The notes below the pieces were generated by a model. It was not told the origin of the DNA. It made no database searches and worked only from the letters and a program-made list of their open reading frames with translations. The position numbers and the translations under genes are program-made. From Octopus bimaculoides (taxonomy: Eukaryota), in the NCBI RefSeq assembly GCF_001194135.2, contig NC_069001.1, positions 19,452,228 through 19,501,868 of the forward strand: a stretch of 49,641 bases of DNA, written 5' to 3'. How positions within the stretch are numbered: position 1 is the first letter of the stretch; each line of letters starts with the position of its first letter. This document shows positions 1 to 11,944 of the stretch, piece after piece.

Positions 1-104
1 GATTATTTTTTCTAAATAGAAGTAAATTCCAAAGTAAACGTTTCTAGTAGAGAAGTAGAAGAGAACAGGAGCAAAAATTGGACTATACACGCAGGGTTAA
101 ATAT

Positions 105-474
105 AGAAACTATCACAGTGTCGCTTCCCGAAGAATTTTAAAATGTTAGCTTTCCGAAACTTTTTTTTTCAATCTTGCAAAAATACGAAGATTAAGAATA
201 AACAGAAAAAGTACACAAATATATTTTACATAGTTGTCGTATACGTCGGTTTTGTTTTCACATAAGATCAATGAAGAACACAAACACGTACTGAAACAGT
301 GACTAAACTTATGTTATTATAAACAAAACAGACGTATACGACAACTATGTAAAATATATTTGTGTACTTTTTTCTGTTTATTCTTCATCTTCGTGTTTTT
401 GTAAGATTGAAAAAAAAAATTTCGGAAAGCTAACATTTTAAAATTCGTCGGGAAGCGACACTGTGTTAGTTTCT
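105..474. repeat. Long inverted repeat (arms ~105-257 and ~321-474), MITE/foldback-like
   Basis: Arms are reverse complements with scattered mismatches, e.g. TCGCTTCCCGAAGAATTTTAAAATGTTAGC vs GCTAACATTTTAAAATTCGTCGGGAAGCGA. Confidence 0.85.
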
Positions 475-617
475 GCATAGAAAATTTCATTAAAACATAT
501 TCATTTTTCTGAAAGTTATGACCTCCCAAAGTCTGGGGGGTAAAACCCTGTAGCTATGCCGCATGTATGATACATAAGCTCAATCAGAACAGAGCAGGCA
601 TTCCTACACATGTGCGC

Positions 618-1290
618 CCCACCCCAACTTTGTTGCCTCCTAACTTCTAGAAAAATGGATACATTTTAACGAATTTTTCTACAAATATGCTTCAAATGGT
701 ATAGATTCTGATATATTGAAATATGTGCTGAAATTCTTTTTCAGAGAGTGGAGTAAGTATTTTCGGAAATTCACACGAGCCGGCTTTGTTTACTCATAAC
801 TTTCCGAAAAATGGGTACTTTTTAATGAAATTTTCTATAAATAACTTTCACAGTATGTAGGCCACGATTATATTGGAATTTAATTTGGAAAAAAAAAAAT
901 GGTGGTCCTGCGTGCATACATAGACACACATCACATACACCTAGAAAATACAATGAAGGTTCATTATACATCAGTATGAATGTGTGTGTGCTCAATTATT
1001 TTTCTTTCTGCACTAATTTCCGATATAATTTGTAATTTACACACTCTGGAAGGTATTTGTAGAAAATTTCATTGAAAAATACCCATTTTTCTTAAAGTTA
1101 TGAGGAAACAAAGCCAACTTGTGTGAATTTTCCGAAACTCCTCTTTTCACCCCAAGAAAAACATTTTTCACAACAAATTCCGATGTAATCGGAATCTACA
1201 CCATCTGAGGCGTATTTGTAGAAAATTTCACTAAAAAAAATAACCATTTTTCTGGAAGCTACTAAGAGACAAAGTCAGGTGGGGATGCCC
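618..1290. repeat. Degenerate ~670-bp palindromic foldback-type element built from an AGAAAATTTCA...CATTTTTCT..AAGTT module
   Basis: Module reversed at ~646-680 and ~805-845 and forward at ~1055-1100 and ~1213-1265, symmetric about ~950. A further forward copy is at ~478-520. Confidence 0.65.
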
Positions 1291-1321
1291 AACAATTAAC
1301 TAATTATATAAATACACTAAC

Positions 1322-1652
1322 CTTTACGTCGTTGGCCCTTAAATAGAGATTTATGTAAATAAGGTATTTCATCGGTTATTTCTGCAGAGATATTATTCTG
1401 TTTAATAATTGTTTCACTTGAATTATTGCATAAGAAGTCATCAATGTTGGGTCCATGCACGAGTTTTTCTCTGAAAGTTTCTAAGTTACTTTTGCGAGGT
1501 GATGAGCTTTCGTTAGGTTTAACTGAAGACACACATCGTCTGTAGGGTGGTAATTTTCTATAATGGGAGCTTAAATGTGGTTGGGATTTTCGTCGAAGAC
1601 AAGTGATGAAGGTATAATTTGTTGACAACAAACGGTTGAAAGATAACATCAT
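1322..1652 (-). CDS. CDK5RAP1: Probable first coding exon of CDK5RAP1 (mitochondrial presequence plus N-terminal region), on the opposite strand to the 3' exons
   Basis: 110 codons + 1 nt ending AAA G|GTTAGT (phase-1 donor). Residues 1-47 have no D/E and are R/S/L-rich (presequence-like). FREKLVHGPNIDDFL...EIPYLHKSLFKGQRRK(V) matches my recall of human FSSRLAAGPTFQHFL...PPPYLMMDELLGRQRKVYLETYGC. Confidence 0.8.
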
Positions 1653-2019
1653 TTAAATAGAGCTGACGAAGGACAAGACTAGAGGAGACAGCAATACCAG
1701 TCTGAAACGGTGTAAAGCCACATTTTATCGGACTGAAAATAAAGGAGAGAAATAAACCTCAAAGAAACCCATAAGAAAACTAGAATCTAAATAAACTAGT
1801 CATGAATTGGTATCTAAAGAAAAAAATAAATAAAACACTTTCCATTCAAAACACTTCAGCTAGCATTCTAACGTGTGACCAGTTGTAATTGTTCGAAGCT
1901 TATGATGACATTGGTGTCATCTCTGGGATAAAGTTATAATAGCTTGATGGAATTATTGTAATCTTTAAAATAAAGTTATATTCACTTTCACTTCATTATT
2001 ATTTTAAAGATAAGCATGA

Positions 2020-2162
2020 TGGCAGAATCGCTAGCACACCGAACAATAACAGTTGCCGGCATTTCGTCCCTCTTTACGTTCTGGGTTCAGATTCCACTGG
2101 GACGGACTTCGCCTTTCATTCTTTCGGTTCGATAAAATGAACATAGTCAATATAATCGACTT
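2020..2162 (+). mobile_element. tRNA-derived octopus-type SINE (OK/OR-like), decayed
   Basis: TGGCAGAATCGCTAGC A-box-like and GGTTCAGATTCC B-box-like, followed by TTCGCCTTTCATTCTTTCGG. Confidence 0.65.
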
Positions 2163-3081
2163 TCTCTACTATATTATTAAATATCAAAGTCTTTAGTCAT
2201 ATATGTCTACGACTTGGTTACAGTCACACTGTTACTATATCATAGAATATCACTATTTCTTTTTTTAATTTTTACCCCCCAGCCATAGCTCCCGAAATTT
2301 CCACTCATTCGAATTTTAAACCAGAATTTAAAATACGGACAGTCCGAATTTTTTATACATTTATTTTTTAATACATTAATACATCCACAACTTGATCCCT
2401 GATACTCAGCTTTGTTGTAGACTATCATCAACAATAACTTCAAGATATCAACGTTATAAAAAAGAAAAAATATTCTCTATGTAAAATAAATTTCAAAAAC
2501 CGGCATCAAAATCTCACCCTCTCCATGGTCATGCTTTCAAATTGAAAGCAGGTTTAAGTTTACTTTAAAACATTTTGTGAGTGTAAGAAATTGGTTTGCC
2601 ATGAAGAGAAGGAATAAGTATCAACTTCTGAAGATGGACATTTCGTCATATTTCTCTCCAATGAAAAGATCTTCCCGAAACATCAGACTTTTCCCTTTCA
2701 TCACGGCAAACATTACTATTTTGTTTTCTTTTTCGGAGCCTCGTCTCTGCAATCTTAAAGGAGAGAACGGTAATAATTTTCACCGTTTTATAAAACGGTG
2801 GGCAACGTGGGCTCCAGTTTTCAACCAAGGAATTAAATTTAATTCCACAAAACTATTTGTAGAGGTTATAACCTGCCACAGTTCTGTTGTGTGTGTGTCT
2901 GAAGTCGTTATTAAAAATATATCTAGCTCTGTAAGACGTACACCTTAGTTCAAGTTGAAAGTATTGTGTAAGCCACAATCTCGCTATTTGACATTTGTCA
3001 GTTGTCAATTTCATGAAAATCTGTAGTTTATTATTTGGTAGCCTATTTAAAATTAGTAGAGTCCTGAAACCAGTAAACAAG

Positions 3082-3115
3082 ATGGCAAAAATCATACAAC
3101 TGGATGCTACAGAAG
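3082..3115 (+). CDS. Possible short first coding exon of an unidentified gene, divergent from the CDK5RAP1 5' exon
   Basis: aagATGG start context; MAKIIQLDATE+G|GTAAGT donor, then a pyrimidine-rich start of intron running into the gap. Product not recognised. Confidence 0.35.
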
Positions 3116-3143
3116 GTAAGTTATCTTTTATTTTTCTTGAGCG

Positions 3144-3243
3144 NNNNNNNNNNNNNNNNNNNNNNNNNNNNNNNNNNNNNNNNNNNNNNNNNNNNNNNNN
3201 NNNNNNNNNNNNNNNNNNNNNNNNNNNNNNNNNNNNNNNNNNN
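3144..3243. other. Assembly gap of exactly 100 N
   Basis: Counted. The other gaps are 337, 235, 147, 10, 636 and 10 N; 100 N is the usual placeholder for a join of unknown size. Confidence 0.9.
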
Positions 3244-3689
3244 CCACATTTCTAATGAAGTTCACTGATTTGCAATGTGTTGTCCTGTAGTTTATGTATT
3301 TACAAAACATTGACGAACATGAGTTATATTGTAGTGAATGCTTATGTGTACATGCGTTTGAGAGAGCGAGGAGGGGGAGAATGGAAGACAGTTATAAAAT
3401 AGCAATGTGTACGCATGTTTATATAAGAACACACACAAACTAAATCTTATATCTATAATGTTGATGTGTTTATGTGTATGTTGTTGTCACAGATCACATA
3501 TGTGTGGTTGTGTGTGTTTTTACGTTTCTATGTTATGAAAAATATGTTAGAGGTAGAGGGATAGAAGAAAGCTATTAAATGGGAGAGAGAGAAAGAAGAA
3601 CGAAGTAAGAGTGAAAAGGTAGATAAGAAGGAAAGAATAGAAAGGGAAGAATAGTCTTAAAGCAAGTTAATCTATGACTTTGTATGTAT

Positions 3690-5960
3690 GACTTTCTCTC
3701 TCTCACTGGCTCTCTGTGTGGCTGAGGGCATGTTTGAGAGGGCCATTATGAATAGTAGTGGTCCCAAAACAGTGCCTTGCGGAACACCGCTCACTATTTG
3801 CGTGTCATTGGAGGTGGCCCCATTGGCTACTACCACCTGACTTCTATCCTTCAGAAAGTCATGAAGCCATTCTCCCAATTTTCTAACTATGCCGAGATCA
3901 TGCAGTTTGTGACATATCATTCCATGATCGACTTTATCAAAGGCCTTTGCAAAGTTGAGATATATCACTTCCACATTTGAGTGGTTAAGTAGCTGTTTTA
4001 GCACCCAGTCATAGTGTTGTAAGAACTGAGTCAGGCAGCTTCTTCCTGGTCGGAAACCATGTTGGGTGTCAGGCAGCAAGTCATTTTCTTTANNNNNNNN
4101 NNNNNNNNNNNNNNNNNNNNNNNNNNNNNNNNNNNNNNNNNNNNNNNNNNNNNNNNNNNNNNNNNNNNNNNNNNNNNNNNNNNNNNNNNNNNNNNNNNNN
4201 NNNNNNNNNNNNNNNNNNNNNNNNNNNNNNNNNNNNNNNNNNNNNNNNNNNNNNNNNNNNNNNNNNNNNNNNNNNNNNNNNNNNNNNNNNNNNNNNNNNN
4301 NNNNNNNNNNNNNNNNNNNNNNNNNNNNNNNNNNNNNNNNNNNNNNNNNNNNNNNNNNNNNNNNNNNNNNNNNNNNNNNNNNNNNNNNNNNNNNNNNNNN
4401 NNNNNNNNNNNNNNNNNNNNNNNNNNNNNGGAATCCATCAGGGCCAGTAGCTGAGTTTGGGTTCATTTCATCTGTAGCCCTTATTACATCGTCTTCCTTT
4501 ATATCGATGTAATCAATCATCATTGCCTCTGCTTTTATATCTGCAGTGGTAAAAAAGTCAGTTGGATTGCTGACTTGAAAGTACCCTAGGGGTGGAGTGA
4601 AAACACTTTTGAATTGCTCATTTAGTATTTCACTTATCCTCATTGGGTTTCCTGTGAGTGAACCATCTTTTTCGAGGAGTGGCCCTATCCTCCAATGCGC
4701 TGCAGCTGTTTCTTTGACAAACTTGTAGAAGGCTCTGGGGTTAGATTTTATATTGTCTATAGCCCTGGCTTCTTTGTTTGCTCATGGAAGAGTTGCAGAT
4801 TTTTTTCTATCTCCAGCAGTTGTATTTTCAGGCAAGATTTTTCACTGCTTTCAATTTGTTTGTTTAGGTGATTTGAAATTTTTGTACGCCAGCTCATAAG
4901 AATTTTCCTCTCCCTGGAGATTTTGTTCTGTACTGTGGCTTTTCTCTCTCTTACATTACAGACATGAATTGTTGAAGTTTCATGTCGATGTCCAGGGAGG
5001 AGAGATATTTAGGCCAGTTTTGTTTGAGGATCTTTCTCAATTTGTTTCCAGTTTTCTATGGAAGTTCAAGCTGGAAAGATTTTGAGAGTTTCTTATAGCT
5101 GGTCCCTCTGTACATGGTTTCCTTTGGTCCGTATATGGTCAGCTCTACCATGTTGTGATCCGAGAGTAGCATCGGTGTCACTTTCACATTATGGATGAGA
5201 TCCATATTATTTGTGAAGCAGAGATCCAGTATATTACCTGCCCTAGTTGGTTGGAGGACTATTTGTTCCATGTACAAAGTGTTGGCAAGGTTCAGGAGGA
5301 AATTCACCTGTCCTTATTTGTATCGTGTCATTCCTGGAAGAGAAAGGCCCTCGGGCCATCTGACATTGGGCAGATTGAAGTCTCCCATAAGAAGTACACT
5401 TATGTGTTGTTCTAATGTGACTAGAACTTCTTCTATTTTTGTAAGGCAGTCTTCAAACTTGCCTACATGATTTGGAGCATCTGGAGGGCGATATGTAGCA
5501 CATATAACTACATTGAGTTGTCTTATATGTACAATTAGTGCGTCACGTACTGAATTTGAGTGTGACAAAAGGACCTGGGGTGTGAGGTCTTCGCGGATGT
5601 ACATAGCAACTCCACCATGACTCCTTTCTTTCCTGTCGGTCCGTAATACAACATACTGTGGTATGTGTATTTCTGCATTTCCTATATCTGGTTTCAGGTG
5701 TGTTTCCATAGGTGCTATGCATAAGGCTTGATTGCAAGCAACAAGGTCTTTCAAGAAAGGGATTTTTGTCCTGTTACTAAGTGATAACAGTCCTCTGATG
5801 TTCAGTAAGAGCACCAATGTGATGTGTGTGTTGTTGCCAGTAGTGCCTAGTGCCCACCTTGGGTCTATTTGCTGTAGTAGTCTTGTGTATTGGGGATAGT
5901 CTCAACTGTGAGATTGTAGCCAGGTCAGCTGCTGTACCATCTTTTGTGCCATGCACAAAA
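3690..5960 (-). mobile_element. CR1/Jockey-group LINE, decayed; 3' end missing within the RT
   Basis: APE endonuclease (LLNIRGL...ETHL...DRKERSHGGVAMYI...GDFNLP) and RT (QHGFRPGRSCL...FAKAFDKVDH...GVPQGTVLGP), with frameshifts and a 337-N gap. Confidence 0.9.
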
Positions 5961-6541
5961 AAGATATATATATATATATATATATATATGCATATATCCA
6001 TACATATATGTACATACGTACATCTATATGTATACATACATGCATATATGGGTACAGGACATCAAAAAAACGTTAAACACAATGAGGAACGAAAACAGAA
6101 AATGAACTTTTTTTTGAACAATGGAAAAAAACAAAGAGCGAAATGAGACATGCAATATAAAGAGTATATCCCTTCGTCAGTTGTCCCTGTCCATCTACTC
6201 TGCGTTTCGAATGCAAGGACAATACGCGACTTCGTTGGAACAGTCCTTCCCGCAAAGCAAATTAAATAAAATTTGGAATTTTTTGCGAAGGATGAAAGTG
6301 TTAACAAGAACAGGACAATGAGAACAAGACAGTAAAAACAAACGGTGAGGGCTGCTGGGCCAAGACGATAGAAAAATTATTATGAACGCTAAGTAGAGAG
6401 AGTTAGTGAATCCAACCCAGTAAGGGATAATATCTATCCAATATACTGCTGAGAGGGTACCCAATTATTATTACACTAGTGATTTTTCCAAGTGCAACAA
6501 GTGGGTGCTGGTAAAAGGAGGTTTTACCCTAAATTTATATG

Positions 6542-6771
6542 GCAATAAGAAAATGGAGGGGAATATGTGGTACTCATCAACTTGCAGACACTGTACTATG
6601 TTAATTAACCTATTTATTTTAATTTTTAATTGTTGATATGACAGAGTGTGTCATATATGTTTGTATATTGTCTTTATTGTCCTTTTGGTTGAAAAATAAA
6701 TAGGTTAATTAACATAGTACAGTGTCTGCAAGTTGATGAGTACCACATATTCCCCTCCATTTTCTTATTGC
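6542..6771. repeat. Perfect 79-bp inverted repeat with a 72-bp spacer, abutting a (TA)n tract
   Basis: 6542-6620 is the exact reverse complement of 6693-6771. Confidence 0.95.
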
Positions 6772-6803
<32 letters not shown>

Positions 6804-7981
6804 TATATATACAAACAACGGCATTAATTTTATTCAGCTGCATACTGTTATTAATTTTATTCAGCTGCAACCGTCATTGATTGGTTGAAATTACCGAAAT
6901 ACGACAACTTTAACACAAAATAACTTTGAAAATATAAACTTTTCTCAACAACATTAAGATAAAAGATGTTTTATACGACATATTCTAGCAGTGTGCGAAG
7001 TTTGAAAGTGTTTAGTTACAAAAAATTAATTTCTTGATCTGTTATTTAAAGGGGAAATATCCCCCGTCACCATTATACATAAGTCCTGACTCCAGCTATA
7101 TGAACGCCAGAGTGAGAAATATATACTCTGAAATGCTAACAGACATTTTATGCATGCATGTATGTTGAAGATAAACAAATTTGTGTTCTTTTAACCGCTA
7201 TAAAAAAATACACAGTTTCATAATTGCAGAAATAAATTTCATTAACAAACTGAAGAACATGAAGAAAGAGAAAATAATTACTACATTATTTTATTTATGT
7301 ACATTTAGCATTTATAGTACAATTGGAAAGTAAAATCATTTTGTCATAGAGAATTACTACTTAAAATTCACACTAGCTAATCTTTCATACTAACTACTAG
7401 AGCTCACAACAATTTAAATAAGTCTTGTTGGATTTTTATCATAGACATGGCATAAAAAATAGCCAATATCTCAATGGGTGAGTGTCGTGGAGTTTAGTAA
7501 CATCCTACGAACACTGATTAATTTCCCCAAAATCAGGGTTTCTGTAACTGCTCATACCTGAATTCTAAGAACCGTATTTCGTGAAAGATTTCTCTGACAA
7601 AAGTTTAGAATTCAAATATGGGCAGTAATTTTAACCAATGGGATACCAACAATTATGCTTGTTCAGGCAAACAACCATTACATCATATTGCCACCTTTTA
7701 TGACTTGCTACACTGCTTTATTCTCTCTTACATTGACCTTACTTTTTTCCCTCAATTTCCTTTTCTCTGTCCTCTTGCTCTCTCTCCTTTACCTTTTCTC
7801 TCTAACGTTGTATTTGTTTCTTTTACGCACCTTTCCTCTTCCTTATAACTATTTCTCAGTTTCTCTCCCTCATTTTCCCCTTCTTCTTATTTTGTATTAC
7901 TCTTTCTTTCTTCCTAACACTGTCTGTTCTTTCTCTCTCTCTGTTGTCTATCAAACTTTCACTGATTTTCTGTAATTCCAG

Positions 7982-8112
7982 AAATAAGTCTATCCAGTGA
8001 TTTCATAACTGGTTTCTGTGGTGAGACAGAGGCAGCTCATCATGACACTGTCTCCTTGATGAAAGAGGTCTGCTACAACTTTGCCTTCACTTTCCCATAC
8101 AGTATGAGGCAG
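7982..8112 (+). CDS. CDK5RAP1: CDK5RAP1 internal exon (end of radical-SAM domain)
   Basis: ttccag|AA ATA AGT...ATG AGG CAG|gtgagc. Translates [43 protein letters not shown], carrying the MiaB-family SDFIxGFxGETxxxH and YSMR motifs. Confidence 0.95.
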
Positions 8113-8189
8113 GTGAGCTGAAAGGGAACATATCTTTACTTTTATTTTCATAGATTCTTGTTGAATACAGTGGAGTAGCAGGGACAGTA

Positions 8190-8390
8190 GTGTGTCAGAA
8201 GACTGCCTTGTGGTACTTGCTTATGATGTCTCTTTACGTTTCAAGTTTAACTTTGCCTTTCATCCTTTTGTGATCAATGAAATAAAGTGCCAGTCAAGTA
8301 GTGTGTATGGGGGAGGGTTAATTGATTTGCCCACTCTCCTCAAAATTGCTGGCCTTGTACCAGAATTAGAAAGTATTATTATTATTGTGA
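8190..8390 (+). mobile_element. SINE remnant, same family as 2020-2162
   Basis: CTTTGCCTTTCATCCTTT...AAATTGCTGGCCTTGTACCAGAATTAGAAAGT(ATT)n tail. Confidence 0.6.
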
Positions 8391-8699
8391 TACAAGGGAT
8401 AAACTGAAAGAATGAGTAGAGCCTTCTGTATTTTGTTGGACTCTTTACATTCTGAGTTCCAATTCCTTGATAATCAACTTTAATTTTGATCATTTGGAAG
8501 TTGATACAATAAGTTTCAACTAAAGGTTCGTGTTGACATAAATAACTGTTCCTCTCCATCAAATTTCTGTCTTAATGCTTAATGTTGAAAACAATTATCA
8601 TCATCATCATAGCATATCTCTCTAATCTGACACTCCTATTTAACATGTCTTGAATCATGTTTTTTGTAATTATTTTCTTTTATTTCTTGAATTAAACAG

Positions 8700-8849
8700 A
8701 AAACCCGTGCTCACCATCGACTCATTGATGATGTTCCCAGTGAGATTAAAGCCAGGAGACAGACTGAACTGGCAGAGACATTTCGCAAAGGAGCTTTAGA
8801 ACTGAACACAGAGCAGATTGGGCAGTTACAAATTGTTCTCATCAGTGGA
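8700..8849 (+). CDS. CDK5RAP1: CDK5RAP1 internal exon
   Basis: aaacag|AAA ACC CGT...AGT GGA|gtaagt. 150 nt, phase 0-0. KTRAHHRLIDDVPSEIKARRQTELAETFRKGALELNTEQIGQLQIVLISG. Confidence 0.95.
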
Positions 8850-9419
8850 GTAAGTTCTTTGATTGCTACACTTAGCAAGATGCAAAGCCAAGTAGTTAGA
8901 TTGTTATTCTTATGATCTTAAGGCCATGTATGCAATTTCTGGGGCTAGTAGTACATTGTGTCCTTGAGCAAGGGACTCCATTTGATGTTTCTCAGCTGAA
9001 AATGAGCTGCATGCATCTGCTGTAGAACAGCCTCAGGAAAAAAAACCTAAAATCTTGAAACTGCAAGATGTCAATAACCCTTAGTGGCTGTGGTATGTTC
9101 AATAATTATGATGCAATGACTAAAATTCTGCTTCTTTCCAAGTTTTCTTTGAGTGAGAATCACATCAGTCAAACTTTACTAGAAGGATTGGAAGTCCCCA
9201 TTATCTTTACTAAATCCTTTTATTGGTTTCAGTTAATGGACTGTGGCCATGCTGGGGCTGTCTTGAAAGGTTTTATCATTTCCCAGTACCTGTTTTATTG
9301 AATACTTAAGTTACACATTTGCTTTACACCAGCAAACAAACACAAAGGTGAACACACTGCATCTGGTTATATGTTACCAGTAGCACTGAAGCAACGTAAC
9401 ACAGACACACATTCATACA

Positions 9420-9700
9420 ATAATTACATTCAATTCTCATTGTGCCTTGTGCCACTTGAGGCGATAGCAAGATCATTCCACCTTCTAACACTGAAAGCAT
9501 CCTTGACAGCTTGTTCCATTGTTAACCCTCTATTTTTAAAATCGTTATTGTTCTCTGCCATGTTTCCTTTGGTCAGCCATGTCTTCTTTTACCTTATGGA
9601 ACCCATTGCAAAGTGATCCTGACAATTGAGTTCAGTTTATAGCGACAAAGTCGACCCAGCCGTTTCCATCTCCTTGTCTCAATAGTTTCTCTTATTGGTT
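9420..9700 (-). mobile_element. 3' fragment of an RTE-type LINE
   Basis: Minus-strand peptide WL...RGLTMEQAVKDAFSVRRWNDLAIASSGTRHNEN resembles RTE C-termini. Confidence 0.45.
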
Positions 9701-10783
9701 TCATGTTAGTCTTAGTGTAGTTGACTATTTGAGATCATATTTGGCCTTCAAATAAATTCAAGAATCAGCAAAGCCAACCAATTATTTGGTATTTTAAACT
9801 CAATATGGAAATCATCCATTCATATAATAATAACAACAATAACATATACTCACACACACATACATGCACATGACAGGCTTCCTACAATTTTACTCACAAG
9901 TCATTGTTTGGTCTAGGTTTATATACCTAAGGTGTATGAAAACACACAATGGACTTCTAAACAGTTTCCCTCTAATATTATTTTAAGGTTGTTGATGGCA
10001 GACTTGGTAGAAACAAACCCAGGCTAAATCCTTATAGTCATACCCTGGGTTTTTTTCAAATACCAAACTCCTACTTTCCTCTCGTCACCCATGATTTTAA
10101 TACAGATTTGACAGTGGCTAGAATGAGATACAAATGGAAGAAGTTCTGGGAACCAAGTGGCATGTTAAATGAGGATGGGAAGGGAAACTGAAAGGAAAGG
10201 CGTGTACTGCATGTGTGAGGGGTGCTATGACTCATGGGTGAGAGACCTGAGTAATGAATGCAAAGCAGCAGAAAAGGCTGAAAAGAACAGAAATAATGGT
10301 TTGGTGGATGAGTGAAGTATTGTCAAGAGGGGAAGATAGATTATGAATTGCAGAGGATGATGGGAATAGGGCCAGTGGATGATTGGAGTATTGCTAAGAA
10401 AAATTATAGAGGACGATAGGAGGAAATAGAGCTGCTGAATGATGTTCGAGAAGAGAAATGGAATGAAATGGCTGGGTCATGTGAGAGGAATGATGAATTT
10501 GTACATGAAAGTACATAGAGGAAGATGAAGACTGAGAAAGATAAAGCTAAAGGTGATTGGGTCAGTTAGGAAGCATGTAGAGGATGGATCAAGACAGATT
10601 GGTGAGGATATAGAGGATAGGGCAAAACAAGCAGAAAACTATCATGAGGCCCACAATGCTGATCCCTGATTCAATCTCAATAGTCTGATTAGTATGGAAA
10701 GATTAAACCCAATGCTGTTCCTCATGGCTATGGCTTCAATTATCCACTGGTAATGTTTACTGAATTCTTTATTTATCACCCAG

Positions 10784-10924
10784 ATGAGTAAGCGGTCTCA
10801 ACTGGATCTTGCTGGCCGGAATGATGGCAACACAAAAGTTATTGTACCACAGACCAAAATACCAATTTCTGATGAAGCAGAGCCAACAAGAACAATAGAA
10901 GTGGGTGACTACATTGTTGTTCGA
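10784..10924 (+). CDS. CDK5RAP1: CDK5RAP1 internal exon (TRAM domain)
   Basis: acccag|ATG AGT AAG CGG...GTT CGA|gtgagt. 141 nt. MSKRSQLDLAGRNDGNTKVIVP...GDYIVVR (SKRS...GRNDGN motif). Confidence 0.95.
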
Positions 10925-11944
10925 GTGAGTAATATTGTTTCCATATCTAATGATTTCTAATGGAGCATGATGGATGAGGGCCGAAAGTTCAAACCCGTGA
11001 CACTAATTATATTGTTGATAAACCCTAGTTCTACCTTGATCAAGCCAAGTATAACTAAAGGTATTCCACTCATGATTATCATGTGTTTTTTCTGATTTAC
11101 TGTATTTGGCTCTGCAGTACTTGATGTACAAATCACATTAACATCTTTTGAAAAGCTGTTAATGTGATTTGAAGGAGGTTTGGCTGGCATTCCTAACACT
11201 GTATAGGGGCTACCTTGTTTATACCTTTTACTTAGGGAGACACATTGCAGAGAACAGTCAGCCTAGCTATAAAACTTGACACAACCAACTAATGGGGATC
11301 CTCTTTCAGACCACATAACCTTCTAAATTTCCATCAAATTACTACCATTTTAACAAGTTTTCATTTAACCTAAATAGCTATGTTTTATGTACTTTTGTTC
11401 ATTGTAACATTCTGGTAAGATTATTATTACAAAATAATATAGTCTATTTTGTTTTAGCAGGTTCTATATGAAAGTAGTTCACCATCTTTCAACTGAGCGT
11501 ATGTTTCTGCCCCCTGCTGAAGGACAAATTCAACAGTGGAGGCAAAGAGATCACACTTGATTTTCTTGTTTAGCCCAGAAATTCATATTTTACTTATGTC
11601 ATGCAGAATTTACCAGCTGCTTACATCACTGTTGTTGGTGTTGAAGATCAATGTAAGAAAAGCAGTAACAATTTTTATTTTCCTTTTTTTCATACTAGCA
11701 TGAGTTAGACAAACATAATTATTGAGGGATTGTTTTACAACCAGATACCCTTCCTGTTACTAACCTTTACCTGTTTTTCAAGTAAGGTTCACTTATTTGT
11801 AGTCATTGAAGGCACAAACCCGATGAATAATTTGTTTGACAAAAGAAATGACATCACTATTTTGTAGCTCAGCAATTTCTGGATACATGCAGTGAAAATA
11901 GACACACACACACAATCATCATCTATTTCTAGATCTACCTGTTC

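Noticed and set aside
2577-2948. 123-aa ORF near the putative promoter
   Set aside because: No recognisable homology or splice structure; lies in repeat-like sequence.
6195-6464. ORF with YWVGFTNSL, resembling a GPCR TM7 motif
   Set aside because: No NPxxY, no other TM helices and no supported splice sites; it lies in repeat-derived sequence.
3244-7981. Missing middle exons of CDK5RAP1
   Set aside because: Searched for GY(S/T)REAY, HLPAQSG and CxxxCxxC coding on +; none found in the sequenced bases.
11450-11700. Possible intronic snoRNA or extra exon (tttagcag|GTTC...)
   Set aside because: No convincing C/D or H/ACA box pairing and no open frame compatible with the CDK5RAP1 exon phases.
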